Source: an uncultured Verrucomicrobiae bacterium (GTDB taxonomy: Bacteria; Verrucomicrobiota; Verrucomicrobiia; Chthoniobacterales; UBA10450). From it: 64,000 nt of DNA. Under the pieces are notes generated by a model, which was not told the origin of the DNA, made no database searches, and saw nothing but the letters and a program-made list of their open reading frames with translations. This document shows, piece by piece, positions 10,375 through 21,096 of the stretch (positions are counted from its first letter, which is position 1; every line of letters starts with the position of its first letter). Location of the stretch: contig CAWFGO010000001.1 in NCBI GenBank assembly GCA_963815455.1, positions 736,001 through 800,000 on the forward strand, given 5' to 3'. A program made the position numbers and the translations under genes.

Positions 10375-10477
10375 CGCCAGAAAATGATCTTCGGATTTAA
10401 CAATTGATAGGCAATTAACGTCAAGCTCTTGTGCGTCGTCCCCGGCACTCCGTGGGACAAGCCTTGATCGGGGGACG

Positions 10478-12318
10478 ATGACGGGACTAAAACAGGAAAT
10501 GGATTTGCGGGGCATACTGAAGAAGCACTTTGGCTATGATCAGTTTCGGCCGCTGCAAGAAGAGATCATCGCCGACGCCCTGGCGGGTCGCGATGTTTTT
10601 GTCCTGATGCCGACGGGCGGCGGGAAATCGCTTTGTTTTCAGTTGCCGGCGTTAATTCGCGATGGATTAACGATTGTAGTGTCGCCCCTCATTTCCCTGA
10701 TGAAAGATCAGGTCGACGCGCTGCGGGCGAGCGGGATCGCCGCGACGTTTTTGAATTCGACGCTGGACCGCCACGAAGCGGCTGAACGATTCCGAGGTTT
10801 GAATCGTGGCGAGTATAGGATGCTCTACGTCGCGCCGGAGCGACTCATGCTGGATAGGTTCCTGGAGGGAGCGTTGAACTGGAACATCGCGCAGATCGCC
10901 ATCGACGAGGCTCATTGCATCAGCGAATGGGGACACGATTTCCGGCCGGAATATCGCGAGCTCAAGAAATTGCGAACTCACCTTCCCGATGTGCCGGTGA
11001 TGGCGCTTACCGCAACCGCAACCGAACGGGTCAGGATCGACATCGTCAAGCAACTCAAGCTGCGTGAGCCACGCTGCTATGTGGCCAGTTTCAATCGGCC
11101 GAATCTTACCTATCGCGTAATTCCGAAATCGGGACCTTACGATCAACTGCTCGCTTTCGTCCGGAGCCGGCCAAACGAGAGCGGCATCGTTTATTGCGCG
11201 AGCAGAAAGACGGCGGATTCGTTGCCACAGAGTTAAACACCGACGGAGTCAAAGCGAAGCCGTACCATGCCGGGCTCGACGCAAAGGAGCGAACAAGGCA
11301 TCAGGACCTTTTTCTGCGCGATGATGTGCGCGTGATTACGGCAACGATCGCGTTCGGGATGGGGATCAACAAATCGAACGTCCGCTTCGTTATCCATCAC
11401 GATCTGCCGAAGAATCTGGAAAGTTATTATCAGGAGACGGGGCGGGCCGGACGGGACGGATTGCCCAGTGAGTGCGTGCTGCTTTTCAGCGCGAGCGACG
11501 TGGTCAAGCAACGGCGTTTCATCGAAGAGAAAGGCGAAAAGGAACAGCAGATCGCAAAGGAGCAGTTGCGCGACATGATTCATTACGCTGAGACCCGCCA
11601 TTGCCGGCGGGCCACGCTGCTGAAATATTTCGGCGAAGAATTTCCGGTTCCCTGCAATGGCTGCGACAATTGCCTGGAGCCGCGGGAAACGTTCGATGGG
11701 ACTGTTCACGCGCAGAAATTTCTATCCTGCGTTTATCGCATCCACGAAAAACACGGTTTTGGTTTCGGGTTGAATCACGTTGTCGATGTTCTGGCCGGCG
11801 CCGAAACAGAAGCCATCAGGCAACGCAGCCACCATGAACTTTCAACATATGGGATCGGCAAGGATGTGAAACGGACCGCGTGGCTCGCGATTGGTCGTGA
11901 GTTGTTGCGGTTGGGACTCGTCGCCGCTGCGCCGGGAAAATTCGCGACGTTGCAATTAACGGAGGCCGGACTCGCAGCCTTGCGCGAGCGAAAGTCACTC
12001 ACGCTGACAAAGCCGTTCGATGTCGAAACGACCAGGCGAGCCAGAAAGCATCGAGCCGGCGACATTGAATGTGACGAATCGTTGTTCGAGCAACTGCGCG
12101 TCTTGCGCCGCCAAATCGCCGATGAACGCGATGTGCCCGCCTATGTCATCTTCTCCGACGTTGCCCTGCGCGAAATGGCGCGGGGTTATCCGACGACTTC
12201 CGCGGAGTTCGGTCGAATTCCAGGGGTCGGTCAGCAGAAGCTACGGGATTTCGCAGAGCCGTTTACTGCTGCGATCAGAGATTATCTCGCGAGCAATCCT
12301 CGCCAGTCACGAGCCTAG
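10478..12318 (+). CDS. recQ: ATP-dependent DNA helicase RecQ (one apparent frameshift near 11230)
   Basis: MPTGGGKS, DEAHCISEWGHDFRPEY, YHAGL, ATIAFGMGI, QETGRAGRDG, Zn-binding cysteines, RQC and HRDC domains, spread over two frames. Confidence 0.95.
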
Positions 12319-12869
12319 TGCTGCTTGTCGACTGATTTCGGCTGGAGAGTGATAAACGTTTTTAGTACTTCCTGCAGCGCTGCCAAATCCTTGCGATAAT
12401 TCGACTCATCCCGGGATGAGAGAACGATGTAAGCGACGGCGTGAGACATTTGGACGTAGGCGATGCGCTCCCATTGGGAGTAAGTTTTTGTCGCCGGATA
12501 TTCATTAATAAAATAGTCGTGGCCGTCCAGTGTCTTGCCGGAGGCGATCTTCTCCTTCGGCGTGCCGTGCGCCTTTTTCATTTCCTTGATCGCCATGGTG
12601 ACGAACGCATTCACGTCTTCAAATTGAGTGCTGGCGATCTTCGCGTAGATGATCGTCTTCGCATCCGCCCAGGACGATCCTTTGGGATACAACACGCAGG
12701 GCAAACCTTGCGAAGCGCCGGACTCATTGTCCAGGACCCAACCCTCCGGCGCATTGATGTTAAAGGCGCCTTTCGGTCCGTAAACAATTCCGCCACGAAA
12801 AGTTTCCTGGGCGGGACTTTGGCTACAGATGAGGAACAACGCGAGGCAAACAGCCAAAATTCGTTTCAT
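12315..12869 (-). CDS. Secreted hypothetical protein
   Basis: Signal peptide MKRILAVCLALFLICSQSPA; INAPEGWVLD motif. Confidence 0.7.
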   Translation of the reverse strand: MKRILAVCLALFLICSQSPAQETFRGGIVYGPKGAFNINAPEGWVLDNESGASQGLPCVLYPKGSSWADAKTIIYAKIASTQFEDVNAFVTMAIKEMKKAHGTPKEKIASGKTLDGHDYFINEYPATKTYSQWERIAYVQMSHAVAYIVLSSRDESNYRKDLAALQEVLKTFITLQPKSVDKQH

Positions 12870-12895
12870 GACCAGTTGACACAGGCGGTTCATGA

Positions 12896-14035
12896 TTACC
12901 GGAAGAATTCTTTCGCCCGCTCGAAGAAACTCTTGTGCATCGGCGCGTTTTCCTCCCCGCACAGATCAGCAAACTCCTCGAGCTTACCTCGCTGCTCCGC
13001 ATTCAAACGCGTCGGTACTTCGACAATGAGACGCGCGAGCAGGTCGCCGCGCTCCCTTCCATTTACATGGACGATTCCTTTGCCGCGCAGTTTGAACGTC
13101 TGACCGCTTTGCGTACCGGCGGGGACTTTCAGATTGGCCCTGCCATCGAGCGTCGGCACGGCTACTTCGCCACCGAGCGCCGCCACCGAGAACGGAATGG
13201 GCAGTTCGCAATAAAGATTATCTTCGTCGCGCTGAAAAATTTCGTGTTCCTTAATGTGGATCACCACATAGAGATCGCCCTGCGGCCCGCCGCGAATGCC
13301 GGCCTCGCCGTTTCGCGACGAACGGAGCCGCGAACCTTCGCTGATTCCCGCCGGAATCTTCAACTTCACTCGGCTCGCTTTCTCGAGGCGGCCTTCTCCG
13401 GCGCAGGCCCGGCACGGTTTCTCAATGACCTGACCGACCCCGCGACAACGCGGGCACGTTTGTGAAATCTGGAAAAAACCGCGCGAGCTGATCACCTGAC
13501 CACGACCGCCGCAGGCGGGACAACTGATCGTTCGTGAGCCGGACTCGGCGCCGCTGCCATTGCACTTGTCGCAGGTGTCCAGCTTGCGAATCTCAATTTC
13601 TTTTTCGACACCGAAGGCCGCTTCTTCGAGCGTGATTTGCATGTCGTACCGCAAATCGGAGCCGCGCTGTCGATCCTCGGCCTGGGTCCCGCCGCCTCCA
13701 AAAAAGGTCTCGAAAATTCCGCCGCCCATTCCGCCGCCGCCGAATACTTCGCGGAAAATATCGAACGGATCGTGAAACCCACCGCCGGCAAATCCTCCGC
13801 CCTGGGTGAAAGCAGCATGACCGAACCGATCGTAAGCGGCGCGTTTATCGGGATCCATCAAGACGTCGTAGGCTTCGCCGAGCTCCTTAAATTTTTCTTC
13901 GGAGTGCGGGTCGTCCGGATTTTTATCTGGATGAAATTTTACGGCCAGCTTGCGATAAGCGCGTTTGACCTCGTCGCCTGTGGCGCTGCGCTCGATCTCG
14001 AGAACCTCGTAATAATCGCGTTTGGTGGTGGCCAT
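12896..14035 (-). CDS. dnaJ: Chaperone DnaJ
   Basis: [11 protein letters not shown] motif, G/F-rich region, four CxxCxGxG repeats. Confidence 0.97.
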   Translation of the reverse strand: MATTKRDYYEVLEIERSATGDEVKRAYRKLAVKFHPDKNPDDPHSEEKFKELGEAYDVLMDPDKRAAYDRFGHAAFTQGGGFAGGGFHDPFDIFREVFGGGGMGGGIFETFFGGGGTQAEDRQRGSDLRYDMQITLEEAAFGVEKEIEIRKLDTCDKCNGSGAESGSRTISCPACGGRGQVISSRGFFQISQTCPRCRGVGQVIEKPCRACAGEGRLEKASRVKLKIPAGISEGSRLRSSRNGEAGIRGGPQGDLYVVIHIKEHEIFQRDEDNLYCELPIPFSVAALGGEVAVPTLDGRANLKVPAGTQSGQTFKLRGKGIVHVNGRERGDLLARLIVEVPTRLNAEQRGKLEEFADLCGEENAPMHKSFFERAKEFFR

Positions 14036-14043
14036 CGTAAAAC

Positions 14044-14122
14044 AGTGACTAGTGGCGGCTGACAAGAGAAAGCATGCCGCTTGCCTATTTACTCGTCACT
14101 TACCAGTTGTCACCCGTCACTT
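14044..14122. repeat. Degenerate inverted heptamer repeats (GTGACNA / GTCACYY) between grpE and dnaJ
   Basis: AGTGACTAGTGGCGGCTGACAAG ... CTCGTCACTTACCAGTTGTCACCCGTCACTT. Confidence 0.45.
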
Positions 14123-14662
14123 CCCTGCCGGGCCGCTGGAGACCACCACGCTGGATGGCCGGAGCAAACGGTCTTTCAAAAGATAACCGCGGCGAGTCTG
14201 GCGAATGACGTTTCCTTCCGCCACTTCCTCGCTTGGCTCGTGCGCGATCGCTTCGTGAAAATTGGGATCGAATTTCTTTCCCTCGGCCTCGATCGGTCGC
14301 AATCCGTTGTCGGCCAGGAAATCGTTGAGTTGTTTGAACACGAGACTCATTCCGGAATAAATGGGCGATTTGTCCCCCTCGGCCTGCGCCGCGGTAAGAC
14401 CGAGCTCGAAATTATCGACAATCGCGATCAGCCGCTCGAGCAGCGAGCTATTGGCGTATTTAATGGCTTCTTCTTTGTCGCGAGCGGTGCGCTTCTTGTA
14501 ATTTTCGAAGTCAGCCTGGCTGCGCATGGCCAGATCGCGAAATCGATCGAGATCCGCCTGCAAGCCGGCGAGGCCGTCGTCTCCATCGGGTTCCGATGCT
14601 CTGGCAGGATCGATATCGGATTTATCCGGGTCTTTTGGTTGAGCTACAGGAATTTTTTTCAT
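14117..14662 (-). CDS. grpE: Nucleotide exchange factor GrpE
   Basis: ADFENYKKR, FDPNFHEAI, GYLLKDRLLRPSSVVVS. Confidence 0.95.
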   Translation of the reverse strand: MKKIPVAQPKDPDKSDIDPARASEPDGDDGLAGLQADLDRFRDLAMRSQADFENYKKRTARDKEEAIKYANSSLLERLIAIVDNFELGLTAAQAEGDKSPIYSGMSLVFKQLNDFLADNGLRPIEAEGKKFDPNFHEAIAHEPSEEVAEGNVIRQTRRGYLLKDRLLRPSSVVVSSGPAGK

Positions 14663-16098
14663 GTCTTACGAATGGCGATAAGGGTGATGTCGTCGTGTTG
14701 TGGCGTTGTCCCGGCGAAGTTTCTCACGTCGTCGATTACGCTCGATATGATCGCCTGGGCGCTGCTGCCGTCGGCGCGAGCGCGGACCGATTCGGTCATA
14801 CGCTCGACGCCAAATTCATCTCCCGCAGAGTCCAGCGCTTCGGTCACTCCATCTGTGTAAAGAAGCAAACAGTCACCGCGCTCGAGCGGGACGGTGAAAT
14901 CGTTCGTGATCCTATCGAACACGCTTCCGCTGTCAATTCCCACGACCATTCCAGGCGGCTTCAATTTCTCCACCGTTTGCGAAGCGTGTTTGTAAAGCAA
15001 CGGGGCATCGTGACCGGCCCGGGCCAGAACGACACCGCTCCGGGCGTGATCGAGTATCAGATACGCCATGCTAATAAACATGTCTTCCTTAATATCGGGA
15101 TAAAGCTGCCGATTGACCTTTTGCAAGACGTCGGCCGGAGAAGGATTCTTGGCCGCCTCACTCCGCAACACGCTGCGACAAATTGCCATGATCAGCGACG
15201 CGGGAACGCCTTTGCCCGAAACATCGGCAATGGCGATGCCGAGCCGTTCCTGATCGACCACAATGTAATCGAAATAATCGCCGCTCACCTGTCGGGCGGG
15301 AATACTCGTCCCGCTTATTTCGAATCCATTGACCGAAGGCGGTTCGGTCGGCAAAAGCACTCGTTGAATATCTCGCGCGATCTCGAGGTCGTGATCGAGG
15401 CGCTTCTTTTCGCCAGCCTCGGAATAGATGATCGCGTTATAGAGCGCGAAGGCGGATTGCTCGGCAATCGATTTGAACACGACAAAGTCGCTCTGGGAAA
15501 ACGGCGCGCCCTTCGAGCCCTTGGCCAGCGCGAGAACACCGAGGTTTTGTTTTCCGTAAACCAACGAACCAATCATGAGCGACGAAGCGCCAAATGCGCT
15601 GTCGCGCAGGTTCGCCAGCTCCGGCGCTTCCGAGAATTCGTTCAGACTGACTGACTGCCCCGCTTGCCAGACCCGGCCGACAAGTCCCTCGCCCCGGGCG
15701 ATGGAATGCAGCCGCAGATAAGTTTCGAGCGCGACCGATGTCGCAGCGGCCTGCCGCAAAATTTCCGCCGGAACATCGACAAGCGGGGGGCAACTCTTGG
15801 AGATATACGCCGGGGTGAGTTTCAGACCGGTCCGATCGACAAGGTAAAGCGCCCCGCCATGGGCATCGACGATGCGGGTGGCGCCCTCGACGATGAGCCG
15901 ATGAAGATCGTTAGGCCGAATCGTTTCGGTAAAAGCCTCGCCCAGGCCGTGTAAAAAATCGAAGACCAGTGTCTCCTCGACCTGAATTTCCTCGTTTGAT
16001 CGCTCTAGCGTTCGAATCCGACTGGACTGCCGTCGGGCCGTGTAAATCCATCCGGCAATGGACGCGACGAGCAGGACGGAGAGAAGAATCGGCCACAT
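14659..16098 (-). CDS. Membrane-anchored GAF + PP2C/SpoIIE (RsbU-like) phosphatase
   Basis: N-terminal TM helix, GAF domain, ARDIQRVLLP, VSGDYFD, IADVSGKG, RAGH, YTDGVTE, DDITL. Confidence 0.92.
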   Translation of the reverse strand: MWPILLSVLLVASIAGWIYTARRQSSRIRTLERSNEEIQVEETLVFDFLHGLGEAFTETIRPNDLHRLIVEGATRIVDAHGGALYLVDRTGLKLTPAYISKSCPPLVDVPAEILRQAAATSVALETYLRLHSIARGEGLVGRVWQAGQSVSLNEFSEAPELANLRDSAFGASSLMIGSLVYGKQNLGVLALAKGSKGAPFSQSDFVVFKSIAEQSAFALYNAIIYSEAGEKKRLDHDLEIARDIQRVLLPTEPPSVNGFEISGTSIPARQVSGDYFDYIVVDQERLGIAIADVSGKGVPASLIMAICRSVLRSEAAKNPSPADVLQKVNRQLYPDIKEDMFISMAYLILDHARSGVVLARAGHDAPLLYKHASQTVEKLKPPGMVVGIDSGSVFDRITNDFTVPLERGDCLLLYTDGVTEALDSAGDEFGVERMTESVRARADGSSAQAIISSVIDDVRNFAGTTPQHDDITLIAIRKT

Positions 16099-16112
16099 GT
16101 GGACCGGCCAGC

Positions 16113-16625
16113 TTACTTCGATACCGTCTCGTGGTGAAGGTCTTGCTTTAGGTAATCGAGAACGTCCTTAAAACGAAACAGGTTCTCCGGGGCAGCCTCG
16201 CACAACGCCTCGTGCGCCTCTAACATGGTGCGCGCCTGCTCGCGTTTTTGGTTTTCGCGCTCCCCGTCCAGCGGACTCTTGAGCGATTCGCATTCGGGCG
16301 CCTTGTCGCCGTCGGAATGAATATTGAATAACTGGTCCAGACCGAGACCGGAGAGAAGCTCGCTGCTGCGTTCTCCGCAATGAATCACATGCAGATGCCC
16401 GCGACCCAGCTCCTTCAAACGCAAAGCCACTCCCGCCATTGTGCCCATGAAAGTGGAATCCATCATGGCGCAGTTGGCCAGGTCGATAACGAATTCTCGA
16501 TAACCGCGATCCATCATTTCGCGGGCAAACTCCTTCAAGTTCCCGCTATTGAGGAAACTCCCCTTACCCTGGACCCTGACCCAAACGGTGGGACCATTTA
16601 CCCCTACTTGAATCGATGACTCCAC
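16113..16625 (-). CDS. STAS-domain anti-sigma-factor antagonist
   Basis: VRVQGKGSF, IDLANCAMMDSTFMG (phospho-acceptor Ser motif), C-terminal MLEAHEAL helix. Confidence 0.88.
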   Translation of the reverse strand: MESSIQVGVNGPTVWVRVQGKGSFLNSGNLKEFAREMMDRGYREFVIDLANCAMMDSTFMGTMAGVALRLKELGRGHLHVIHCGERSSELLSGLGLDQLFNIHSDGDKAPECESLKSPLDGERENQKREQARTMLEAHEALCEAAPENLFRFKDVLDYLKQDLHHETVSK

Positions 16626-16640
16626 GATTAATCTTCACTA

Positions 16641-16670
16641 AGGATACAGGAGCCAGCGGCGGACTGTCAA
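16641..16670 (-). promoter_or_regulatory. Sigma70-like promoter upstream of the STAS-phosphatase-grpE-dnaJ run
   Basis: Minus strand TTGACA-N18-TATCCT, 15 nt upstream of GTG 16625. Confidence 0.55.
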
Positions 16671-16737
16671 ACCTTGGCGCTCCGCAGAGGCAATCCCTTC
16701 GAGGAACTCGCCTTGCCACCCTCGCCGCCGCGGCGGT

Positions 16738-17334
16738 TCATTCCCACAAATACGAGCGATTCTCCGCCACAATCGCGCCGTTCTCGATCAACAAACAGCG
16801 CCACGCGATCACGCGCCCGTCGTCAAAGTAGTCGTCACCGACGACTTTGAATTCCGTCTTGTGCGTGCCCCGCGCGCCGGCGTAGGAAATTTCCTGGGCC
16901 TGGACGTGGGAATGCAGTTTCTCCTGCCGATACTCGAGGCGCACGGTGACGTCGGCCGGCCGCCTGGATCGCCAAAAAAAATCGAAGTAATGACCGAACC
17001 GCTGGTGCCGATCCAAGGCCGTGACCGCGCCAAAGAGACGATACTGCCGCTCGAACCGGATCGACGCCTCCTGCACAGTGGACGATTTCGATGAAGGTGA
17101 ATTCTTTCCAAGTTTGCCGGCCTTCGCCGATGTTGCGTTGCTATTATTTCCTTGCGGGTCGGTGTGCTCATCGGTCTCGCTCAGGAAAAAGAGTTTGGCT
17201 TTTCGGAACTGGAAATCTTTGCTCAGCGCCATTGGCAGCGGCGTCACCTTCGTGAGCACCTTCGGCTCACCCGCAGCCCGAGCCAGACTGCTGGTGAAAA
17301 TGACCATGCCCAGCAATGCCGCCACAAATTTCAT
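16738..17334 (-). CDS. Secreted hypothetical protein
   Basis: Signal peptide; aromatic motifs FERQYRLFGAVT, GHYFDFFW, GRVIAWRC, SYLWE. Confidence 0.75.
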   Translation of the reverse strand: MKFVAALLGMVIFTSSLARAAGEPKVLTKVTPLPMALSKDFQFRKAKLFFLSETDEHTDPQGNNSNATSAKAGKLGKNSPSSKSSTVQEASIRFERQYRLFGAVTALDRHQRFGHYFDFFWRSRRPADVTVRLEYRQEKLHSHVQAQEISYAGARGTHKTEFKVVGDDYFDDGRVIAWRCLLIENGAIVAENRSYLWE

Positions 17335-17341
17335 TCCGATA

Positions 17342-17370
17342 ATGAAACCGGCTCAGGCCCGGCATGTCAA
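17342..17370 (-). promoter_or_regulatory. Sigma70-like promoter, probably leaderless
   Basis: Minus strand TTGACA-N17-TTTCAT-N7-ATG(17334). Confidence 0.5.
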
Positions 17371-17434
17371 CATGGCTCCCGTAGACCGCATGAGATCTGT
17401 TTCATTCGCTTCATTTCGCGGGTAAATTTTCGGC

Positions 17435-18466
17435 ATGATCGATGTTCGTTATGAACGCGGCGTTTATTTACCCCGGCAAGATCTCTGGCTCGATCCGCGG
17501 GAGGCAAAGCATTTCGCCTTTGTTTCGCACGCACATGGCGACCATATCGCGCGGCATGGAGAAATCATTGTCTCGGGACGAACCGCGGGATTGATGCAAG
17601 CCCGGCTCCCCGGCGAGCGGATCGAGCACGTGCTCCCGTTTGATGAAACCCAGACCGTGCGCGATGTCGATGTTACACTCCTCCCGGCGGGTCACATTTT
17701 CGGGTCGGCCCAAATTTTTCTCGAAGCAGACGGGGACACGCTGCTTTACACCGGCGATTTCAAGGTGCGACCCGGGAAATCGGCCGAACCGGTGGAATGG
17801 CGCCAGGCCGATACGCTCATCATGGAAACCACTTTTGGCCGGCCGCGCTACATTTTTCCGCCGGCCGAACAGGTGATCGGCCAAATCGTAGCATTCTGCC
17901 GCGAAACGCTCGATGAGGACGGGGTGCCGGTACTGCTCGGTTATTCGCTGGGCAAAGCGCAGGAAATTCTGTGCTCGCTCGATGGCGCCGGACTCACCCC
18001 GATGTTGCACGGCTCGGTTTATGAGATGACGCGCATTTACGAGCAATTCGGCCAGACGTTTTGCAAATATCTTCGTTACAAAGCCGGCGATGTTACCGGG
18101 AAGGTTCTTATCTGCCCGCCGAGCGCAAAAGGTTCGCGCATGCTGCAAGAGATTCCGCGCAAGCGCGTGGCCATGATCAGCGGCTGGGCGATTGATCCGA
18201 GCGCCGTTTACCGTTACCAGGTGGACGCGGTGTTTCCGCTTTCCGATCACGCCGATTACAACGATCTGCTTGCCTATGCCGATCTTGTCCGGCCTAAACG
18301 CGTATTCACACTCCACGGTTTCGCGGCCGAGTTTGCGCGGGACCTGCGCGAGCGCGGGATCGAAGCCTGGGCGTTAAATGCCGAGAACCAGATGGATCTC
18401 GGGCTTCAGTGGAATACCGAGGCAACTCGCGTTGTAGCCGCGGGCGCCGACCCCGGACACCAATAA
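17435..18466 (+). CDS. MBL-fold/beta-CASP nuclease (similar to ligase-associated DNA-damage exonucleases)
   Basis: SHAHGDH, AGHIFGS, YTGDFK, METTFG, GYSLGKAQE, SGWA, LSDHAD, HGF. Confidence 0.88.
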   Translation: MIDVRYERGVYLPRQDLWLDPREAKHFAFVSHAHGDHIARHGEIIVSGRTAGLMQARLPGERIEHVLPFDETQTVRDVDVTLLPAGHIFGSAQIFLEADGDTLLYTGDFKVRPGKSAEPVEWRQADTLIMETTFGRPRYIFPPAEQVIGQIVAFCRETLDEDGVPVLLGYSLGKAQEILCSLDGAGLTPMLHGSVYEMTRIYEQFGQTFCKYLRYKAGDVTGKVLICPPSAKGSRMLQEIPRKRVAMISGWAIDPSAVYRYQVDAVFPLSDHADYNDLLAYADLVRPKRVFTLHGFAAEFARDLRERGIEAWALNAENQMDLGLQWNTEATRVVAAGADPGHQ

Positions 18467-18511
18467 TCTGATCAAACCCTAGTGCGCCGAGGTCAACGCC
18501 CTCGGCTACAA
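18432..18511. repeat. REP doublet (inverted GTAG-type pair) between convergent genes
   Basis: TTGTAGCCGCGGGCGCCGACCCCGG ... CCGAGGTCAACGCCCTCGGCTACAA, an imperfect 25-bp inverted repeat. Confidence 0.7.
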
Positions 18512-20221
18512 TTACAACTCCGCCGGCGTAGGCGTCTGCGAAGGGCTCTCGCCGGGGTGACGTCGCTCTTTTTTCTCAGCTTTTTTTTCGGCCTTTTTCT
18601 CCTTCTTCTCTGCCTTCTTGTCTTTCTTCTCGTTTTCCTTTTGGTCCCGCGGTTCCACTGGCGCAGTCGCAGGTGAGGGCGAGCCTTCCGTGCTTGGCAT
18701 CGGCTTGGTCTTTCTCGGTTCGATTTGCTGCGCAACCGATTTGCGGCCTAAATTTTTCTTTTCGCCTTTTTGAGGAAACACCGGTTTTTCGAAATTTCGT
18801 GGCGAATTTGCCGGAAGCGGCGAGGAGTCCGGAGCGACCACCTCGTTTACGGTCGGCGTCGGCGTTGCGGTTCCAAGCGGAGTCGGTGATAACGAGACGC
18901 CCGAATCAGATGTCTGAGTTGGAGCATTTCTCCGGCCTTGTCTTGCATCCGACCGAATCGAAGCTCGCTCATCCGGGATCGGCGCACTGGTAGCGGCAGA
19001 TTCGGCTGGCGACGCAATCGGAGCGGATGTCGATGCTGTTTCCAACGCATTAGGTTCGGCCGGCGCCTGGACAGGCTTAACAAAAGTCCTGGGCGGGGCA
19101 TCGGGCGGCGGTGTGGATTCGGATTTGATCTTTGCCCGCGCTTTTTCGGCGGCTTGTGAATCTGTGACCGCTTGCCAGCCGCGATCCGCAGTTGCCCCGG
19201 TAACCGATTCCTTGATACGTCTTGGACGTTCCGCCGGCTGGGGTTTGTCGATCACGGGAGCAGATATCTCGATCACTTCGCCCCGGACAACCGGACCCGA
19301 ATTCTCATCAGCTGCATTCACCGCCGTGCGTCGTTCGATCCGCAAGTGTTCGATCGGCTGCTGCGTGCGCTTCTGCAATTCGTAATAATCGGGACCCTGG
19401 TTAACGATCCTGGTGTTGCTGTAAGTAATGTTGGTTACGTTCGTCGTTTGGTTGACGATGGTGACGTTGCGCTCGGACGAAACAATCGTGGGAGAAACAT
19501 GCTGGGCGCCAAATTGACGGGTCTCCACGAAACAATATTGGTCCGGCCCGACGTCGTAATAATTATCGGACCAATTACGAATACCGGCGCGCCGATCGAA
19601 TCGCGCTTCGGGCGGAAGCGGAGCCCAGCCGACGTAATCGTTGCCTTTGCGCCATGAGACCCATGCGGGCGCCCATTCGTCACCGGGAACCCAGACCCAT
19701 CCAATATGGCGCAATCGCGTCCAGCGTCCGTAATGATACGCGGCCCAACCAAACGGCTCCTCCGAAACCCACATCCAGCCTACATCGGTGTAGACCCAGC
19801 GCCCATTGGTATAAGGGCGCCAATCGCGAGAACGCTGCGCCACGTCCGGCTGCCACACATAACCGTAATCGGACGTTTCACGCCAGACGCCATATGGATC
19901 GAGCTTGGTGTAAAAAGTCGAATATGAAGCAGTCGGACGATTGTCAGGCAGGCCGCTAATTCGAGGGATGGTAGGCCTGGCCGGCGGGTGCGACGGTTCA
20001 GCATCGGCCGTTTCTTTCTCCGCCAAAGCTTTCTCGCGCTCGGTGAGATCAGCTTCTTTTTGCGCGAGCTCTTGCTGCTGCTGGTTCTGACGCTCGACGG
20101 CGAGGCGTTCCTCCACCCGGCGATTGATCTCGGCGGTTCGTTCTTCGTCGGTCTGCGGTTTCTGGCAAGACGAGAATGCTACCAGAGCCATCACCGCCGG
20201 AATCGCGCAAAATTTGTTCAT
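18512..20221 (-). CDS. DUF6600-like lipoprotein with a Pro/Lys-rich tail
   Basis: Lipobox FSSC; coiled coil; LDPYGVW, WRPYTNGRW, EPFGWAAYHYGRW, WAPAWVSW, GWAPLPP. Confidence 0.82.
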   Translation of the reverse strand: MNKFCAIPAVMALVAFSSCQKPQTDEERTAEINRRVEERLAVERQNQQQQELAQKEADLTEREKALAEKETADAEPSHPPARPTIPRISGLPDNRPTASYSTFYTKLDPYGVWRETSDYGYVWQPDVAQRSRDWRPYTNGRWVYTDVGWMWVSEEPFGWAAYHYGRWTRLRHIGWVWVPGDEWAPAWVSWRKGNDYVGWAPLPPEARFDRRAGIRNWSDNYYDVGPDQYCFVETRQFGAQHVSPTIVSSERNVTIVNQTTNVTNITYSNTRIVNQGPDYYELQKRTQQPIEHLRIERRTAVNAADENSGPVVRGEVIEISAPVIDKPQPAERPRRIKESVTGATADRGWQAVTDSQAAEKARAKIKSESTPPPDAPPRTFVKPVQAPAEPNALETASTSAPIASPAESAATSAPIPDERASIRSDARQGRRNAPTQTSDSGVSLSPTPLGTATPTPTVNEVVAPDSSPLPANSPRNFEKPVFPQKGEKKNLGRKSVAQQIEPRKTKPMPSTEGSPSPATAPVEPRDQKENEKKDKKAEKKEKKAEKKAEKKERRHPGESPSQTPTPAEL

Positions 20222-20260
20222 AACTGGGTTAGACCGCGATCGCAGTGCAATATTCGAATT

Positions 20261-20455
20261 TTACGGAACGCTCGCGGTTGGTGAAGCCGCAGGCGTTGTA
20301 GTGGTGGATTCGATCTTGTCGCGGCGGAATCGCTGCACATTCGCGTAAAGCGAAACCAGGGCAAACGCCACGACGATAACGAGCATGATCACCAGCGCGA
20401 CGCGGGGAACTTGCGATGCAGGAGGTCTTTCTGCCTGCGGCTCCGACGAAATCAT
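20261..20455 (-). CDS. Small membrane protein
   Basis: Single TM helix; start overlaps the plsC stop (ATGA). Confidence 0.6.
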   Translation of the reverse strand: MISSEPQAERPPASQVPRVALVIMLVIVVAFALVSLYANVQRFRRDKIESTTTTPAASPTASVP

Positions 20456-21096
20456 GACCCAATATTGCTTCGATCCGGCGATTGTTCCAACTGCAGCGCC
20501 GCGATCGCGTCCATGACTCGCTGGCTAAGTTGCGCGTAAAGATCTTTCGCGTCGGATTCGACATCCGCCTCGGTAAACAAAATCGGCTGGCCGACCACGA
20601 TAGTAATTCTGCGCCACAAATGAATTTTTCCGTCAATGGGCCAGGCATCGAACGCACCGAATATCCGCATCGGCACAACCGGTGCCTGCGTTTTGGCAAT
20701 GACGAGACCGACTCCCGGAAGCGCAGGCTGCAAATTTCCATCGGGCGTGCGCGAACCTTCCGGAAAAACCAGAGCGCAGTCGCCCGCTCGCAGAATTCGA
20801 ATCAATGCTTTCAACGCGCTCCGATCGTTTCCTCCCAGATCGACTGGGATCACGTTGAGCTTGGGCAAAAGCCAGCCGAGGATCGGCACTTTCATCAAGG
20901 ATTTTTTCGCGAGAAAGTAAATGGCGCGGTTACAAGCGTTTCCGGCCAGCGGTGGATCGAAAAAGCTTTGGTGATTCATGGCAAGAATCACCGGCCCGCC
21001 TTGAATCACGCGCTCTCGATGAACGATTCGGAAACTAAAAAACAACCGGGCAAGAAGACGGGAGAAATGATAGCCGATCCAATAGTAGAAATTCAT
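20452..21096 (-). CDS. plsC: 1-acyl-sn-glycerol-3-phosphate acyltransferase family protein
   Basis: NHQSFFD (HX4D motif), FPEGSR. Confidence 0.9.
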   Translation of the reverse strand: MNFYYWIGYHFSRLLARLFFSFRIVHRERVIQGGPVILAMNHQSFFDPPLAGNACNRAIYFLAKKSLMKVPILGWLLPKLNVIPVDLGGNDRSALKALIRILRAGDCALVFPEGSRTPDGNLQPALPGVGLVIAKTQAPVVPMRIFGAFDAWPIDGKIHLWRRITIVVGQPILFTEADVESDAKDLYAQLSQRVMDAIAALQLEQSPDRSNIGS

